This document shows positions 1 through 7,112 of a stretch of 11,624 nt of DNA, one piece after another (the first letter of the stretch is position 1; the number at the start of each line of letters is the position of its first letter). The notes below the pieces were generated by a model that saw only the letters and a program-made list of their open reading frames with translations, did not search any database and was not told where the DNA came from. Location of the stretch: positions 1 through 11,624 of the forward strand of contig JAWOFP010000026.1 of the NCBI GenBank assembly GCA_046497485.1. Direction: 5' to 3'. Origin of the DNA: Candidatus Nanohaloarchaea archaeon. Its GTDB lineage: Archaea > Nanohalarchaeota > Nanosalinia > Nanosalinales > Nanosalinaceae. Position numbers and translations under genes: made by a program.

Positions 1-45
1 AAACAATCGAATATATAACTTAAATCTAATAATTTTCTTATATAT

Positions 46-2106
46 ATGATATATTACGGTTATAACGGTTTCAAAGGCCAGTCTGCTATTGAGTATTTGA
101 TGACGTATGGTTGGATGCTTCTTGTTGTTGCTATCGCTGGTGGTGCGGTTTTCAGTGTTGTCGGCGATCAAAATGTTGAAAGTGTGAATGGTTTTACCGG
201 TGATGATGTTCTGGTAGATAATTTTGGTTTGAACAATGATGGAGGGCTTGACATGGTTTTGAGGAATACTGCTTCTGAAACTGTAGAAGTAAACAGTGTT
301 AATGTGACTGATGGCGGCGATTATACTGAGTTCGTGGGTGAGCGGGAGGTTGATGTCGGTGATACGGATAATATTGAGTTGCCCTTTGTTTCTGAAACCG
401 AGGGCACTAATGATTTGGATGTTGAAGTCGATTATAGTGTTGGCGGGTTAGATAATTTACAGGCTTCTGGAACGATTACCGGCGGATTGCAAATTACGGA
501 AACCAGCACTGTTTCCGGAACAGTCTCCGCCAGTCCAGGATGGGAAAATGTAGAAGTAAGAATAAAAGATGGAGAAACAATCGAAGAAAGAGTTCATACG
601 GATGAAAACGGAGAATACTCAGCCAATATTGAATCAGGGACTTATGATTTTGAAGCAGCTGGAGTAGAAGCAACTAGCATTAATGCTGATGAAAGTATTC
701 AACTGGATTTCGATCTAGGCTCAGAAGAAGTAATTAAGGACGGAACAACTGAAACAACATTCAGCACAGTAACATTGAGTGACTGCGAAGCAGACGATCG
801 AGGACCATCCGATATGACATACGCAGAAACATCTGATGGCGAACTACAAATAGCAAGCTTAGATCAACTCCAATGTATGGAAGAAGGCCTGGGAGACGAC
901 TATGTATTAACACAGGATATCGACGCTTCAGGAACAAGCGAATGGAATGTATTACAATCAGGCAAGGAAATGACAGAAGAAGAAGATGATTACTTTGGAT
1001 TTGATAAAGGCGATCAAATCGAATTACTATATTCTATACAAGAAATTAAAAGTGTTGTAGATACAGAGACAGATGAAGACGTAGATGTCAAAATAGTAAG
1101 TAATGAAGAGGGTATTATTGAAATTGATACGGAATCTGAACCAAATGACATTGAAATTACATATACAATTGAAGAACATGTACGTGGATTTAAACCAATT
1201 GGTGAATATGATACAGAATTCACAGGTAGTTTCGATGGACAAGGATATGAAGTAGATACATTATATATTGATAGAGTTGAAGAGAATATTGGATTATTTG
1301 GTTTCACCGAAGGAAGTATCGTTAAAAATACTGGTTTAGTTAATAATGATATAACCGGTGCTAATAGTCGTGTAGGTGGGCTTGTTGGACGTAATGCTGG
1401 TACAGTGAGTGACTCGTATGCTACTGGAAGTGTAACTGGTTATGGTAGAGTAGGTGGGCTTGTTGGAAGTAACCGTCCAGATAGTGAAGTGAGTGACTCG
1501 TATGCTACTGGAAGTGTAACTGGTGATGGTAAAGAGGTAGGTGGGCTTGTTGGAGATAATCAGGAGAGTACAGTGAGTGACTCGTATGCTACTGGAAGTG
1601 TAACTGGTGATGATTATGTTGGTGGACTTGTTGGACGCAATTATGAGAGTAATGTGAGTGAATCGTATGCTACGGGTGATGTAAGTGGAAATGGTGAAGT
1701 TGGCGGTCTTATTGGATTTTCGCGGGGTGGACTAGTAACTGATGTTTACGCTACTGGTGATGTGAATGCTGAAGATCATGTCGGTGGACTCGTAGGCAAG
1801 ATTTCTTATGAGGCTGACTTAGATAATGGATTTTCTACAGGTGACGTAACTGGTACCACCGATGTTGGTGGGTTACTTGGTAGTAATGAATATCCGGATG
1901 GTATGGTGAGTGATTCGTATTGGGATGATGAGGCATCGACCGTTACGGAAGACGGTGAGGAAAAAGATAACTATTCTGTGGGTGGAACCGCCCTAACCAC
2001 CAGTGAGATGCAGGGAAGTAGTGCTGAATCAAATATGGATTTTGACTTCGAGAGTGTTTGGGAGGTAGTTGATAGTGATTATCCTAAACTTGTGAACCTC
2101 CCGTAG
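46..2106 (+). CDS. Class III (type IV pilin-like) signal peptide surface protein with a carboxypeptidase-regulatory-like beta-sandwich and C-terminal GLUG-repeat beta-helix; putative adhesin
   Basis: N-terminal KG|QSAIEYLMTYGWMLLVVAIAGGAVF (prepilin cleavage site plus hydrophobic helix); TVSGTV...TDENGEYS...GTYDF segment; YVLTQDIDAS, FTGSFDGQG and repeated VGGLVG-N...VSDSYATGSVTG units; very acidic. Confidence 0.85.
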   Translation: MIYYGYNGFKGQSAIEYLMTYGWMLLVVAIAGGAVFSVVGDQNVESVNGFTGDDVLVDNFGLNNDGGLDMVLRNTASETVEVNSVNVTDGGDYTEFVGEREVDVGDTDNIELPFVSETEGTNDLDVEVDYSVGGLDNLQASGTITGGLQITETSTVSGTVSASPGWENVEVRIKDGETIEERVHTDENGEYSANIESGTYDFEAAGVEATSINADESIQLDFDLGSEEVIKDGTTETTFSTVTLSDCEADDRGPSDMTYAETSDGELQIASLDQLQCMEEGLGDDYVLTQDIDASGTSEWNVLQSGKEMTEEEDDYFGFDKGDQIELLYSIQEIKSVVDTETDEDVDVKIVSNEEGIIEIDTESEPNDIEITYTIEEHVRGFKPIGEYDTEFTGSFDGQGYEVDTLYIDRVEENIGLFGFTEGSIVKNTGLVNNDITGANSRVGGLVGRNAGTVSDSYATGSVTGYGRVGGLVGSNRPDSEVSDSYATGSVTGDGKEVGGLVGDNQESTVSDSYATGSVTGDDYVGGLVGRNYESNVSESYATGDVSGNGEVGGLIGFSRGGLVTDVYATGDVNAEDHVGGLVGKISYEADLDNGFSTGDVTGTTDVGGLLGSNEYPDGMVSDSYWDDEASTVTEDGEEKDNYSVGGTALTTSEMQGSSAESNMDFDFESVWEVVDSDYPKLVNLP
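1372..1690 (+). repeat. Intragenic tandem GLUG-coding repeats, period about 78-87 bp
   Basis: Identical 36-mer GTGAGTGACTCGTATGCTACTGGAAGTGTAACTGGT at 1405, 1489, 1573; identical 18-mer GTAGGTGGGCTTGTTGGA at 1372, 1450, 1537; a fourth diverged copy follows. Confidence 0.95.
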
Positions 2107-2354
2107 TCCGAATTCTTGATTAGATATTATCGGGGTGGGAAACCTCTTCTGTTATATATTTTATACTGGTTGGGAGGAGAGAATTGAGTATTGTTTCTGG
2201 ATAATCACTTTTTTTGGGGGACGGTCTCATAGAGTTTTTCCCCGCCTCGCTTTGGTTCCTCGTTCTGAAATAGGTGTTTCTAATTCATATGACTAAACTG
2301 CCATCTAGAACAAAGGCTGTACCAATTCTATGGCTTAATCCGAATACCATTGAC

Positions 2355-2480
2355 GAAGCATGCTTCAAGGACGCGTCCTCGGTGTCAAAACAGGCACCCC
2401 GACGACGTACAGCGATTACAGCAATTTGAATGGCTCTTTACATAAGCCATTTAAAACTTCGCTGCGAAGTGATCTAGATC
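2355..2480. repeat. Cluster of six closely packed palindromes / inverted repeats
   Basis: GAAGCATGCTTC 2355-2366; AGGACGCGTCCT 2368-2379; GGTGTC..GGCACC 2381-2398; TTTGAATGGCT..AGCCATTTAAA 2425-2455; ACTTCGC-T-GCGAAGT 2456-2470; GATCTAGATC 2471-2480. Confidence 0.75.
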
Positions 2481-2496
2481 TGTATAGGAGGATTCG

Positions 2497-2595
2497 ATGA
2501 GTATGACGGTTGACGACGAAAACAAAGTGCAGGGCATCGTCCTTTTGACGGATGAGGCCTCCAAATTTCTAAACCCGAGAGAAGAGATCGCGTAA
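2497..2595 (+). CDS. Putative 32-aa small ORF or gene remnant (MSMTVDDENKVQGIVLLTDEASKFLNPREEIA)
   Basis: AGGAGG at 2486-2491, 5 nt before ATG; acidic; VDDENKVQGIV resembles the CBS-domain VVDxxGxLxGIV motif. Confidence 0.3.
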   Translation: MSMTVDDENKVQGIVLLTDEASKFLNPREEIA

Positions 2596-2724
2596 CATTT
2601 CGATTAGTTCGGGACTTTCACAGGCCTGAGAATCTCCCAGTGTAGGTAGTTCGGCGGTTTCGGAGTATCGGAATATATGTACTATGAGTTGTTATAACAG
2701 TTGACTAGTATACAGGGTATGTAG

Positions 2725-3054
2725 ATGCCTGATCCTGGACATGGTTTTGAACGAGCTTTTGGAATGGTAATCGAGGCAATAGTAGTTGCAGTTCTTTTCA
2801 GTGCTTTCGTTGAAGCGGGTTTGATTCCGAAGATCTACTTTACTCTCTTCAATCTCATTTCGATTGTAGGGCTGGTTCTCTTGATAGAGAAAGCGAAGTA
2901 CTGGGGCTTTGGCTATTTAGCTGGCTGGATACTGGGTCTCGTGTTTTCTCTTGGTACGCTTATTCAAACTGAGTTTATAGGACTGTTTGATCTTTTCCTG
3001 TATGGAGCTGTAGCAGCAGGAACCATCTATGTCAAGATCAAAGTCCGTATCTAA
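2725..3054 (+). CDS. Hypothetical integral membrane protein (about 4 TM helices)
   Basis: 109-aa ORF, four hydrophobic stretches, basic C-terminus. Confidence 0.75.
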   Translation: MPDPGHGFERAFGMVIEAIVVAVLFSAFVEAGLIPKIYFTLFNLISIVGLVLLIEKAKYWGFGYLAGWILGLVFSLGTLIQTEFIGLFDLFLYGAVAAGTIYVKIKVRI

Positions 3055-3173
3055 AATCCGGTTCAGAGAACTTATTTAAAAATCATAGACCAATCTTCAC
3101 TTGAAAAACCAAACGAAGGAAGGAGAGGCGAAAATCACGGTAAAGAAGAGTGTTGAACCGCTGATTTGTCGGT

Positions 3174-3194
3174 GGGTCCTGCCAAATAATTTTG
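3174..3194 (+). repeat. tRNA-3'-end-like direct repeat, copy A
   Basis: GGGTCCTGCCAAATAATTTTG; 15 nt identical to copy D, with a similar T-rich flank. Confidence 0.8.
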
Positions 3195-3337
3195 GGTTCA
3201 GTGTTACCTATTCTCTATTTTTAGCCCCTCTACATCAAAATCGGTTTTTTGTCCGGTCTTTATTAATTGCTTATCTCAATATGGGGGTGTGGAAACTGTC
3301 GGACAAAATTGTAAAGTTTACCTGAGAAAATTCTCTT

Positions 3338-3901
3338 ATGGAACTTAGAATAGCTAAAAAACAAGAACTGAAAGAATTAGTAGAATTTGACAGAAACTAT
3401 GCAGGCAGTCATGCAACTACAGAAGAATTTCAGGAGAGATTTGGCAAATGGCCTGAAACATTCATCATTACTACAGAGGACGGAGAAATCATCGGAGATG
3501 CAAAAGGTAAAATAGAAAGTGAGAGCTGTATGGGTCTTCAGTCAATAGCAGTAAAAGAAGGTTACAAAGGTCAGGGAATCGGAACTAAAATACTCAAATA
3601 TTTTGAAGATAAAGCCAAGAAATATGCAGTTAAGGTCACGATAGCATCAGCAGATAATGTAGAAGAATTCTACCAAAAGAACGGTTATGAACCCGTCCAG
3701 ATAATGCTACAAGTAAATAAGGATGAATTACCTGAGAATTACCAGCAGGAAGAAGAAATAGTTGATGAGAAAGATGTGGACCAAGATACAAAATTTCTAT
3801 ATGCTGACTTCGATGAATACAGTAAAGAACTGCGAGACAGGTTGAAGGACAAGTTCAACGCTTTTGAAGTAAATACAATCTATGAGAAGAATATTAGTTA
3901 A
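3338..3901 (+). CDS. GNAT family N-acetyltransferase
   Basis: Motif A (IAVKEGYKGQGIGTKIL) and motif B (NVEEFYQKNGYE), plus a C-terminal acidic extension. Confidence 0.9.
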   Translation: MELRIAKKQELKELVEFDRNYAGSHATTEEFQERFGKWPETFIITTEDGEIIGDAKGKIESESCMGLQSIAVKEGYKGQGIGTKILKYFEDKAKKYAVKVTIASADNVEEFYQKNGYEPVQIMLQVNKDELPENYQQEEEIVDEKDVDQDTKFLYADFDEYSKELRDRLKDKFNAFEVNTIYEKNIS

Positions 3902-3903
3902 TT

Positions 3904-3918
3904 ATTCGGGTCCTGCCA
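3904..3918 (+). repeat. tRNA-3'-end-like direct repeat, copy B
   Basis: ATTCGGGTCCTGCCA, 14/15 identical to copy D; fills most of the 20-bp gap between the convergent GNAT and vapC stops. Confidence 0.8.
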
Positions 3919-3921
3919 TTC

Positions 3922-4293
3922 TCAAATTGTTTGAACTTTTAAATTCTGTTTTTTTTTAAAATCATGGTCTTTTGTGATTATTTCTACATTGTTAACTAGG
4001 GAGATGCCGGCTATCATCAGATCGAAGTCGCTTATTTCTGCGTACTTTCCTTTTAGTTCTGCTACTTTTTTGGCTGCCTCGTTACCTGCTTCTAAATGTT
4101 CAAGTTCATCTAGCAGCGATTCTACTTCTTTTTCTCCTTCTTTAGTTCTTCTGGCTAGTTTTGTTCCTCGATAAAGTTCGCATTGGACAGGAAAGCAGGT
4201 GCAAAAAGTCGCGTTATCTTCTGCCACTATTTCCTCAATCTTTTCATCTGCACGGAGAAGAGCTATTACAGCAGAGGTATCTAAAAGTTTCAA
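3922..4293 (-). CDS. vapC: VapC PIN-domain toxin
   Basis: LLDTSAVI, ELYRG, DFDLMIAGISL and ITKDHDF PIN motifs; TTG start 6 nt after the antitoxin stop. Confidence 0.92.
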   Translation of the reverse strand: MKLLDTSAVIALLRADEKIEEIVAEDNATFCTCFPVQCELYRGTKLARRTKEGEKEVESLLDELEHLEAGNEAAKKVAELKGKYAEISDFDLMIAGISLVNNVEIITKDHDFKKKQNLKVQTI

Positions 4294-4299
4294 ATTATT

Positions 4300-4509
4300 T
4301 CATTCCCTCATTTCAAAATCGTCTCTCTCATTTTTCAACTCTTCTTCTACTTCGCCGATTTCAGGGAAGGAGCCGCTAAACTTCTGCAATTCTTGCTTTC
4401 GATCCTCTGAGATTCTCTCCACTACGTCGGAGAAACTTTCTTTCTCCCTCTTTAATTTTTTTAATTTCTCATAAGCAGTTTCTCTAAGTGAAACTGTTTT
4501 AGTTGCCAT
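4300..4509 (-). CDS. vapB: VapB antitoxin (archaeal DUF217/VAPB_antitox type)
   Basis: MATKTVSLRETAYEKLKKLKREKESFSDVVERI matches the KTI-L-..AYE-L...K...ESFSDVI pattern; directly upstream of the PIN gene. Confidence 0.92.
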   Translation of the reverse strand: MATKTVSLRETAYEKLKKLKREKESFSDVVERISEDRKQELQKFSGSFPEIGEVEEELKNERDDFEMRE

Positions 4510-4540
4510 CCACAGATCTGTGTATTGAATATTTTTATTT
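4508..4540 (-). promoter_or_regulatory. vapBC promoter with palindromic operator
   Basis: Perfect 12-bp palindrome CACAGATCTGTG (4511-4522) next to the vapB ATG; AT-rich TATA-like stretch about 25 nt upstream on the minus strand. Confidence 0.6.
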
Positions 4541-4580
4541 CTTTCTCTTAGTTCAGAATTAATATAATTTTCTACTATTT

Positions 4581-4603
4581 CGGTTCAAATCTGGGTCATG
4601 TCA
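4581..4603 (+). repeat. tRNA-3'-end-like direct repeat, copy C (degenerate, retains T-loop)
   Basis: CGGTTCAAATCTGGGTCATGTCA; GGTTCAAATC is a canonical T-loop; three substitutions versus CCGGGTCCTGCCA. Confidence 0.65.
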
Positions 4604-4688
4604 ATTGCATTTAAGTTGATTTTATAGAATTGCCGGAGCTGCCGCGTGATCCCTCAGTGATTTAATTCTCTTTGGTTATAACCTTGTC

Positions 4689-5279
4689 ATGAAGCTTTTC
4701 CTTTGTAGGCATGGAGAGACTGAGCATAATGACAACGGCATAGTGCAGGGCCAGATGGACACTAAAATTAATGGAAAAGGGAAGCAACAGGCCAAAAAGC
4801 TCAGAGATAGACTTGCTGAAGAAAATATAGATAAAGTATACTCCAGTTCTATGACTCGTGCTATAGAGACTGCAGAAATAGTCGCTGAACCACATGATAT
4901 TGAAATAGAGGAAACTGAGGAGCTAAAAGAAGTTGCAAGAGCTAAATTTGAGGGAGAACGATCTGAAGACCTGATAGAAGAAATAACCAGATCAGAAACA
5001 GAAGACTACTTGTGGAAACCAGAAGGGGGCGAAAGTTTAGAGGAACTGAAAGAAAGAGGAGCCGACTTCTTCAACACTATAAAAGAAGAACACGAAGGAG
5101 AACAAGTAGTTGCCATTTCTCATGGAGGAACAATAAGCAGCACCTTATTGGGAATATTAGAACATTCCTCCAAAAACAGTTACAGAATAAACCAGGAAAA
5201 CTGCAGTATCAATAAATTAACATGGAATCCTGACAGAGGATGGTCAATTCATTCAGTAAATGATAGCTCACATCTATAA
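4689..5279 (+). CDS. Histidine phosphatase (phosphoglycerate mutase-like) family protein
   Basis: LFLCRHGETEHN, YSSSMTRAIETA, PEGGES and ISHGG motifs. Confidence 0.93.
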   Translation: MKLFLCRHGETEHNDNGIVQGQMDTKINGKGKQQAKKLRDRLAEENIDKVYSSSMTRAIETAEIVAEPHDIEIEETEELKEVARAKFEGERSEDLIEEITRSETEDYLWKPEGGESLEELKERGADFFNTIKEEHEGEQVVAISHGGTISSTLLGILEHSSKNSYRINQENCSINKLTWNPDRGWSIHSVNDSSHL

Positions 5280-5308
5280 TTGAATCCGGGTCCTGCCAAA
5301 TATTTTTG
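5280..5308 (+). repeat. tRNA-3'-end-like direct repeat, copy D (right boundary of the accessory region)
   Basis: TTGAATCCGGGTCCTGCCAAATATTTTTG begins immediately after the phosphatase TAA. Confidence 0.8.
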
Positions 5309-5382
5309 TTCGACCAATTTTTCTGTTGTAGTTATCCGGCAAAGGAAAAAAATAAAAATTATTGGGAAAAGGGTTTAAACCG

Positions 5383-5607
5383 TCATTCCAGGCCTTCTGT
5401 CGGACTGTCTCCTGTTTCTGAGTCGGATGTGTCTCCTGATTCTCCTTCAGGGTCTGATTCTTCTCCTGTATCAGGACTGTCTTGCATTCCTTCTTCAGTA
5501 TCTGGATTGTCCAGTTCTTCTGAAGGTTGTGCTCCGTCTCCTCCAAGACATCCTGAAGTCACTAAAACAACGGCTATAAGGCCTAGGAGTACTACTTTTG
5601 AATCCAT
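5383..5607 (-). CDS. Small putative lipoprotein with acidic disordered tail
   Basis: Signal peptide with lipobox-like VTSGC; AGGTGA SD upstream of ATG; D/E/S/G/P/T-rich tail. Confidence 0.8.
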   Translation of the reverse strand: MDSKVVLLGLIAVVLVTSGCLGGDGAQPSEELDNPDTEEGMQDSPDTGEESDPEGESGDTSDSETGDSPTEGLE

Positions 5608-5712
5608 TTAATCACCTTTCTACTTGATCAGATAGTTTCCTAATATAAAAACCGTGATCCGAAATTAGGCCTTAAACAGACCCAAATCTACTGTACTTGA
5701 GAAATATCAGGG

Positions 5713-7053
5713 CTATAACTGGTTGAAAGCTCTTCCAACTACTTCGCTTAAGGCAGGATGAATGTGAATCGCGTCCTTAATTTCACTGATTCCTCCGCTT
5801 GAACGCATTACTGGAAGGACTTCATGAATTAGTGTTGAGGCCTCAGGCCCGATAATATGGACTCCTAGAATCTCATCTTCTTTAGCCAGGACTTTGACAA
5901 ATCCGTCTTCTTCTTTCATGGCTTGGCCCATACCTGTTTTTTCGTAATCGTAAACTGACTTTCTGTATTCTGTGTTTTCTTCCTCTAGTTCCTGCTCGGT
6001 CTTCCCGACTCCTGCGATCTGAGGACTGGTAAACACTGCATGAGGCATAGCTGTAAAGTCTGCATCTACATCCATTCCGTTCATATTTTTGTAGACGATT
6101 GAGGCCTCGTAATTGGCAGAGTGTTTGAACATGAAGTTGTCGGCGATATCTCCAAGAGTGTAAACTCCTTCAACTGAGGTTCTCATTCCTTTGTCTGTTT
6201 CAATAAATCCTCTCTCAGTCAAGTCAATAGAAGTATTCTCCTCTAAATTGAGGTTATCTGTGTTTGGAACTCGTCCAGTAGCCATCAAGATTTCATCGGC
6301 TCTAACAGTCTCTCCATTATTCAAGTGAGCGATTTTCTCTCCATTTTCCTCCTCGATTTTTTCTGCTGAGGCCTCTAGAACTACATTGTATCTTTCTTTA
6401 GCTAATTCTGTGAAAGTCTCAGACACATCTCTGTCTTCTCTTTTAAGCAGTTTTTCGCCCCTCTCAACTATAGTTACATCGACCCCCATCTCGCCGTAGA
6501 AAAATGCCATCTCTGCAGCGATATAGCCTCCGCCAACAATCACAAGCGAATCAGGCTTCTCATCTAGTTCCAGTGCATCCTTGCTTGTCAGATAATCTAC
6601 ATCTTCAACTCCATCAACTGGAGGGATGAAAGGCCTTGAACCTGCTGAAATCAGGATTTTATCGGCAGTCAGTTCCTCGCCATCAACTTCAATTACTTTG
6701 TCATCTTTGAATGAGGCCTCTGATCTGTAAAGATCATAGTTTTCCGCATTTTCTACACCAGATTTGATTGCTTTAGCATCTTCAGCCACATTCTCATTTA
6801 CTTCTTCAATCATTTCTTCAAAATCAATTTCATCAATGGACGCTTTGATCCCGAATTTTTCTGATTCTCTGATCTCTGAGGCGACTTCTGCTCTGTGAAT
6901 CAACATTTTTGACGGTATACATCCTCTGTTCAGGCAGGTCCCGCCTAAAGGCCCTGGTTCGATTAAAGCTACTTTATTTCCTTTAGAATGCATGGCTGAT
7001 GCGACATCGAGGCCTGATCCTGCTCCAATTACAATTAAATCGTATTCTTTCAT
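5713..7053 (-). CDS. Class I pyridine nucleotide-disulfide oxidoreductase (dihydrolipoamide dehydrogenase / mycothione reductase-like)
   Basis: IGAGSG FAD motif, GGTCLNRGCIPSK redox pair, VGGGYIAAE dinucleotide motif, ATGRVPN, C-terminal HPALSE dyad. ATG at 7053 (MKEYDL) preferred over GTG at 7065. Confidence 0.92.
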   Translation of the reverse strand: MKEYDLIVIGAGSGLDVASAMHSKGNKVALIEPGPLGGTCLNRGCIPSKMLIHRAEVASEIRESEKFGIKASIDEIDFEEMIEEVNENVAEDAKAIKSGVENAENYDLYRSEASFKDDKVIEVDGEELTADKILISAGSRPFIPPVDGVEDVDYLTSKDALELDEKPDSLVIVGGGYIAAEMAFFYGEMGVDVTIVERGEKLLKREDRDVSETFTELAKERYNVVLEASAEKIEEENGEKIAHLNNGETVRADEILMATGRVPNTDNLNLEENTSIDLTERGFIETDKGMRTSVEGVYTLGDIADNFMFKHSANYEASIVYKNMNGMDVDADFTAMPHAVFTSPQIAGVGKTEQELEEENTEYRKSVYDYEKTGMGQAMKEEDGFVKVLAKEDEILGVHIIGPEASTLIHEVLPVMRSSGGISEIKDAIHIHPALSEVVGRAFNQL

Positions 7054-7112
7054 TCTTTTGCTCACTTATAGTATAGAATTAGTTGCGGCTGTTTATGATA
7101 TTGGGCTTTCCT

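Noticed and set aside
1014..1307. Minus-strand ORFs 1014-1307 and 1027-1242
   Set aside because: Antisense shadows of the surface-protein gene.
1372..1608. 36-bp identical repeats with variable spacers resembling a CRISPR array
   Set aside because: In-frame within a GLUG-coding gene, spacers contain a second constant block, no leader or cas genes.
2104..2622. Extra repeat copies at ~2107 (TCCGAATTCTTG) and ~2608 (TTCGGGACTTTCA)
   Set aside because: Too many mismatches to distinguish from chance.
46..2724. Diversity-generating retroelement acting on the surface protein
   Set aside because: No template/variable repeat pair with adenine-specific differences seen and no reverse transcriptase in the window.
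3118..3184. Intact tRNA ending at repeat copy A
   Set aside because: GGAAGGA could nearly pair with TCCTGCC, but the span is only 67 nt with no D arm or TTC loop.
2132..3296. GGGGTG(T)GGAAAC at ~2132 and ~3284 as ORB/origin elements
   Set aside because: Only partial resemblance to ORB, two distant copies, no orc1/cdc6 nearby.
3247..3308. 9-bp inverted repeat TTTTGTCCG/CGGACAAAA upstream of the GNAT
   Set aside because: Short with a 44-nt spacer and no target-site duplication; insufficient for a MITE or operator call.
3101..3325. 74-aa ORF
   Set aside because: TTG start, basic composition unlike this acidic proteome, runs through repeat A.
3174..5298. Retroelement primer-binding site (TGGCAGGACCC on the minus strand)
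   Set aside because: The T-arm register of copy C places the CCA at positions 71-73, not the added CCA tail; no reverse transcriptase present.
3052..5308. Canonical integron attC sites
   Set aside because: No convincing RYYYAAC...GTTRRRY pairs with long imperfect hairpins; the repeat is direct and tRNA-like; no intI in the window.
3974..5611. ORFs 3974-4174, 4161-4379, 4199-4474, 4662-4895, 5012-5215, 5274-5546, 5306-5611
   Set aside because: Antisense or alternate-frame shadows of vapBC, the phosphatase and the lipoprotein; no motifs.
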